The position numbers were made by a program, and so were the translations under genes. The notes beneath the pieces are model-generated. The model searched no databases. It was not told the origin of the DNA and was given only the letters and a program-made list of their open reading frames with translations. A stretch of DNA of 62,881 nucleotides, the filler included, from Octopus bimaculoides (Eukaryota), in assembly GCF_001194135.2 (NCBI RefSeq). It is 7 parts of 7 records of this genome, joined end to end, with 100 filler letters (N's around TTAATTAATTAA, not from the genome) between each part and the next. Parts side by side here need not be neighbours in the genome. Positions count along the whole stretch, not along the records: positions 60,346 to 62,881 come from NW_026320866.1; 6 more parts are not named here. One strand, written 5' to 3'. Of the stretch, positions 60,346 to 62,881 are shown in pieces (positions within the stretch are counted from its first letter, which is position 1; each line of letters opens with the position of its first letter).

Positions 60346-62881
60346 GTCCGTTCGCCCTTCCTCTGCACCATCCGAGCGGAATTCGATCGTACGTGCGTCC
60401 GTTCGGCCTCCCTTTGCACCGTTCGAGCAGAATTAGAACGTAGTGCGACGGTTCGGCCTCCCTCTGCACCGTTCGAGAGGAATTCGAACGTACGTGCGGC
60501 CGTTCGGATTCATTCTTTACCGTTTAAGCGCAATTCGAACGTACGTGCGTCCGTTCGGCCTCTCTCTGCACAGTTCGAGGAGAATTCGAACGTATGTGCG
60601 TCCGTTTGGCCTCCCTCAGCACCGTTCGAGCGGAATTGCAACGTACGTGTGTCCCTTCGGCGTCCCTCTGCACCGATCGAGCAGAATTTGAACGTACGTG
60701 CATCCGTTCGGCCTCACTCTTCGCCGTTCTAGCGGAATTCGAACGTACATTCGACCGTTCAGCCTCTCACTCTACCGCTCGAGTTGAATTCGAAAGAACG
60801 TGCGTCCGTTCGGCNNNNNNNNNNNNNNNNNNNNNNNNNNNNNNNNNNNNNNNNNNNNNNNNNNNNNNNNNNNNNNNNNNNNNNNNNNNNNNNNNNNNNN
60901 NNNNNNNNNNNNNNNNNNNNNNNNNNNNNNNNNNNNNNNNNNNNNNNNNNNNNNNNNNNNNNNNNNNNNNNNNNNNNNNNNNNNNNNNNNNNNNNNNNNN
61001 NNNNNNNNNNNNNNNNNNNNNNNNNNNNNNNNNNNNNNNNNNNNNNNNNNNNNNNNNNNNNNNNNNNNNNNNNNNNNNNNNNNNNNNNNNNNNNNNNNNN
61101 NNNNNNNNNNNNNNNNNNNNNNNNNNNNNNNNNNNNNNNNNNNNNNNNNNNNNNNNNNNNNNNNNNNNNNNNNNNNNNNNNNNNNNNNNNNNNNNNNNNN
61201 NNNNNNNNNNNNNNNNNNNNNNNNNNNNNNNNNNNNNNNNNNNNNNNNNNNNNNNNNNNNNNNNNNNNNNNNNNNNNNNNNNNNNNNNNNNNNNNNNNNN
61301 NNNNNNNNNNNNNNNNNNNNNNNNNNNNNNNNNNNNNNNNNNNNNNNNNNNNNNNNNNNNNNNNNNNNNNNNNNNNNNNNNNNNNNNNNNNNNNNNNNNN
61401 NNNNNNNNNNNNNNNNNNNNNNNNNNNNNNNNNNNNNNNNNNNNNNNNNNNNNNNNNNNNNNNNNNNNNNNNNNNNNNNNNNNNNNNNNNNNNNNNNNNN
61501 NNNNNNNNNNNNNNNNNNNNNNNNNNNNNNNNNNNNNNNNNNNNNNNNNNNNNNNNNNNNNNNNNNNNNNNNNNNNNNNNNNNNNNNNNNNNNNNNNNNN
61601 NNNNNNNNNNNNNNNNNNNNNNNNNNNNNNNNNNNNNNNNNNNNNNNNNNNNNNNNNNNNNNNNNNNNNNNNNNNNNNNNNNNNNNNNNNNNNNNNNNNN
61701 NNNNNNNNNNNNNNNNNNNNNNNNNNNNNNNNNNNNNNNNNNNNNNNNNNNNNNNNNNNNNNNNNNNNNNNNNNNNNNNNNNNNNNNNNNNNNNNNNNNN
61801 ACGTACGTGCATCCGTTCGGCCTCACTCTTCGCCGTTCTAGCGGAATTCGAACGTACATTCGACCGTTCAGCCTCTCACTCTACCGCTCGAGTTGAATTC
61901 GAAAGAACGTGCGTCCGTTCGGCATCCCTCTGGACCGTTCAAGTGGAATTCGAACGTACGTGCGTCCGTTCGGCTTCCCTCCCAACTGTTCTAGCGAAAT
62001 TCGAACGTACGCACGTCCGTTCGGCCTCCCTCTGCACCGTTCGATCGGAATTCGAACTTACGTGCTTCCGTTCGGCCTCCCTCTTCACTGTTCGAGCGCA
62101 ATTTGAAAGAACGTGCGCCCAATCGGCCTCTCTCTGCACCGTTCGTGCGCAATTCGAACGTACATGCGTCCGTTCGGCCTCCCTCAGCACCGTATGAGCG
62201 GAATTCGAACTTACGTGCGTCCGTTCGCCCTTCCTCTGCACCATCCGAGCGGAATTCGATCGTACGTGCGTCCGTTCGGCCTCCCTTTGCACCGTTCGAG
62301 CAGAATTAGAACGTAGTGCGACGGTTCGGCCTCCCTCTGCACCGTTCGAGAGGAATTCGAACGTACGTGCGGCCGTTCGGATTCATTCTTTACCGTTTAA
62401 GCGCAATTCGAACGTACGTGCGTCCGTTCGGCCTCTCTCTGCACAGTTCGAGGAGAATTCGAACGTATGTGCGTCCGTTTGGCCTCCCTCAGCACCGTTC
62501 GAGCGGAATTGCAACGTACGTGTGTCCCTTCGGCGTCCCTCTGCACCGATCGAGCAGAATTTGAACGTACGTGCATCCGTTCGGCCTCACTCTTCGCCGT
62601 TCTAGCGGAATTCGAATGTACGTCCGACCGTTCGGCTTCCTCTGCGCAGTTCTGGCGGAATTCGAACGTACGTTCGTCCGTTCCGTTTCCTCTGCGCCGT
62701 TCTAGCGGAATTCGAACGTTCGTTTGTCCGTTCGGTTTCTTCTGCGCATTTCGAGCGGGATTCGAACGTATGTGCGTCCGTTCGGCCTCACTCTTCACCG
62801 TTCGAGCGGAATTCTTACGTACGTGCCTCCGTTCGTCCTCCCTTGGAACCGTTCGAGCTGAACTCGAACGTACGTGCGTCC
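60346..62881. repeat. CpG-rich 51-bp satellite with 764-bp higher-order repeat
   Basis: Consensus cgtccgttcggcctccctctgcaccgttcgagcggaattcgaacgtacgtg; 60346-60691 = 62219-62564; 61801 recurs at 62565. Confidence 0.95.

Noticed and set aside
60443-62798. ORFs with 17-aa repeats (VRPFGLPLHRSSGIRTY / RSASLCTVRAEFERTCV)
   Set aside because: They result from a 51-bp monomer. Several frames on both strands are open, and a 1-bp deletion is fixed in the higher-order unit, which argues against coding selection.
60346-62881. CRISPR-like appearance of the palindromic repeat array
   Set aside because: There are no unique spacers (the whole unit repeats), no cas genes, and the context is eukaryotic.

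Overview
AT-rich, gap-ridden eukaryotic genomic DNA, most likely from an octopus. That assignment is an inference from the tRNA-derived SINE families and the microsatellite density, and no database search was run. I can support no host protein-coding gene. Every protein-like ORF is a decayed transposon fragment: R4/Dong-type RLE LINEs, Tx1/L1, CR1, RTE, several mariners and two hATs. The other long ORFs are microsatellite or N-gap read-through. Main observations: (1) a nonautonomous DNA transposon with GGATCTAG termini and an 8-bp TSD (Merlin-like), one copy apparently assembled as both filled and empty alleles; (2) (ATT/TAA)n tracts acting as landing pads for SINEs and R4/Dong elements; (3) a ~14-kb block (35.4-49.6 kb) whose SINEs have lost most of their CpGs, suggesting a methylated gene body; (4) many unrelated fold-back/palindromic elements, four of them clustered at 54-60 kb, including an 88-nt pre-miRNA-sized hairpin and a 220-bp near-perfect palindrome; (5) a CpG-rich 51-bp satellite with a 764-bp (15-mer) higher-order repeat at the right end. 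Assembly artefacts are also visible: six-frame-stop linkers inside gaps, an Illumina adapter remnant and contig-overlap duplications. Coordinates of decayed elements are approximate.
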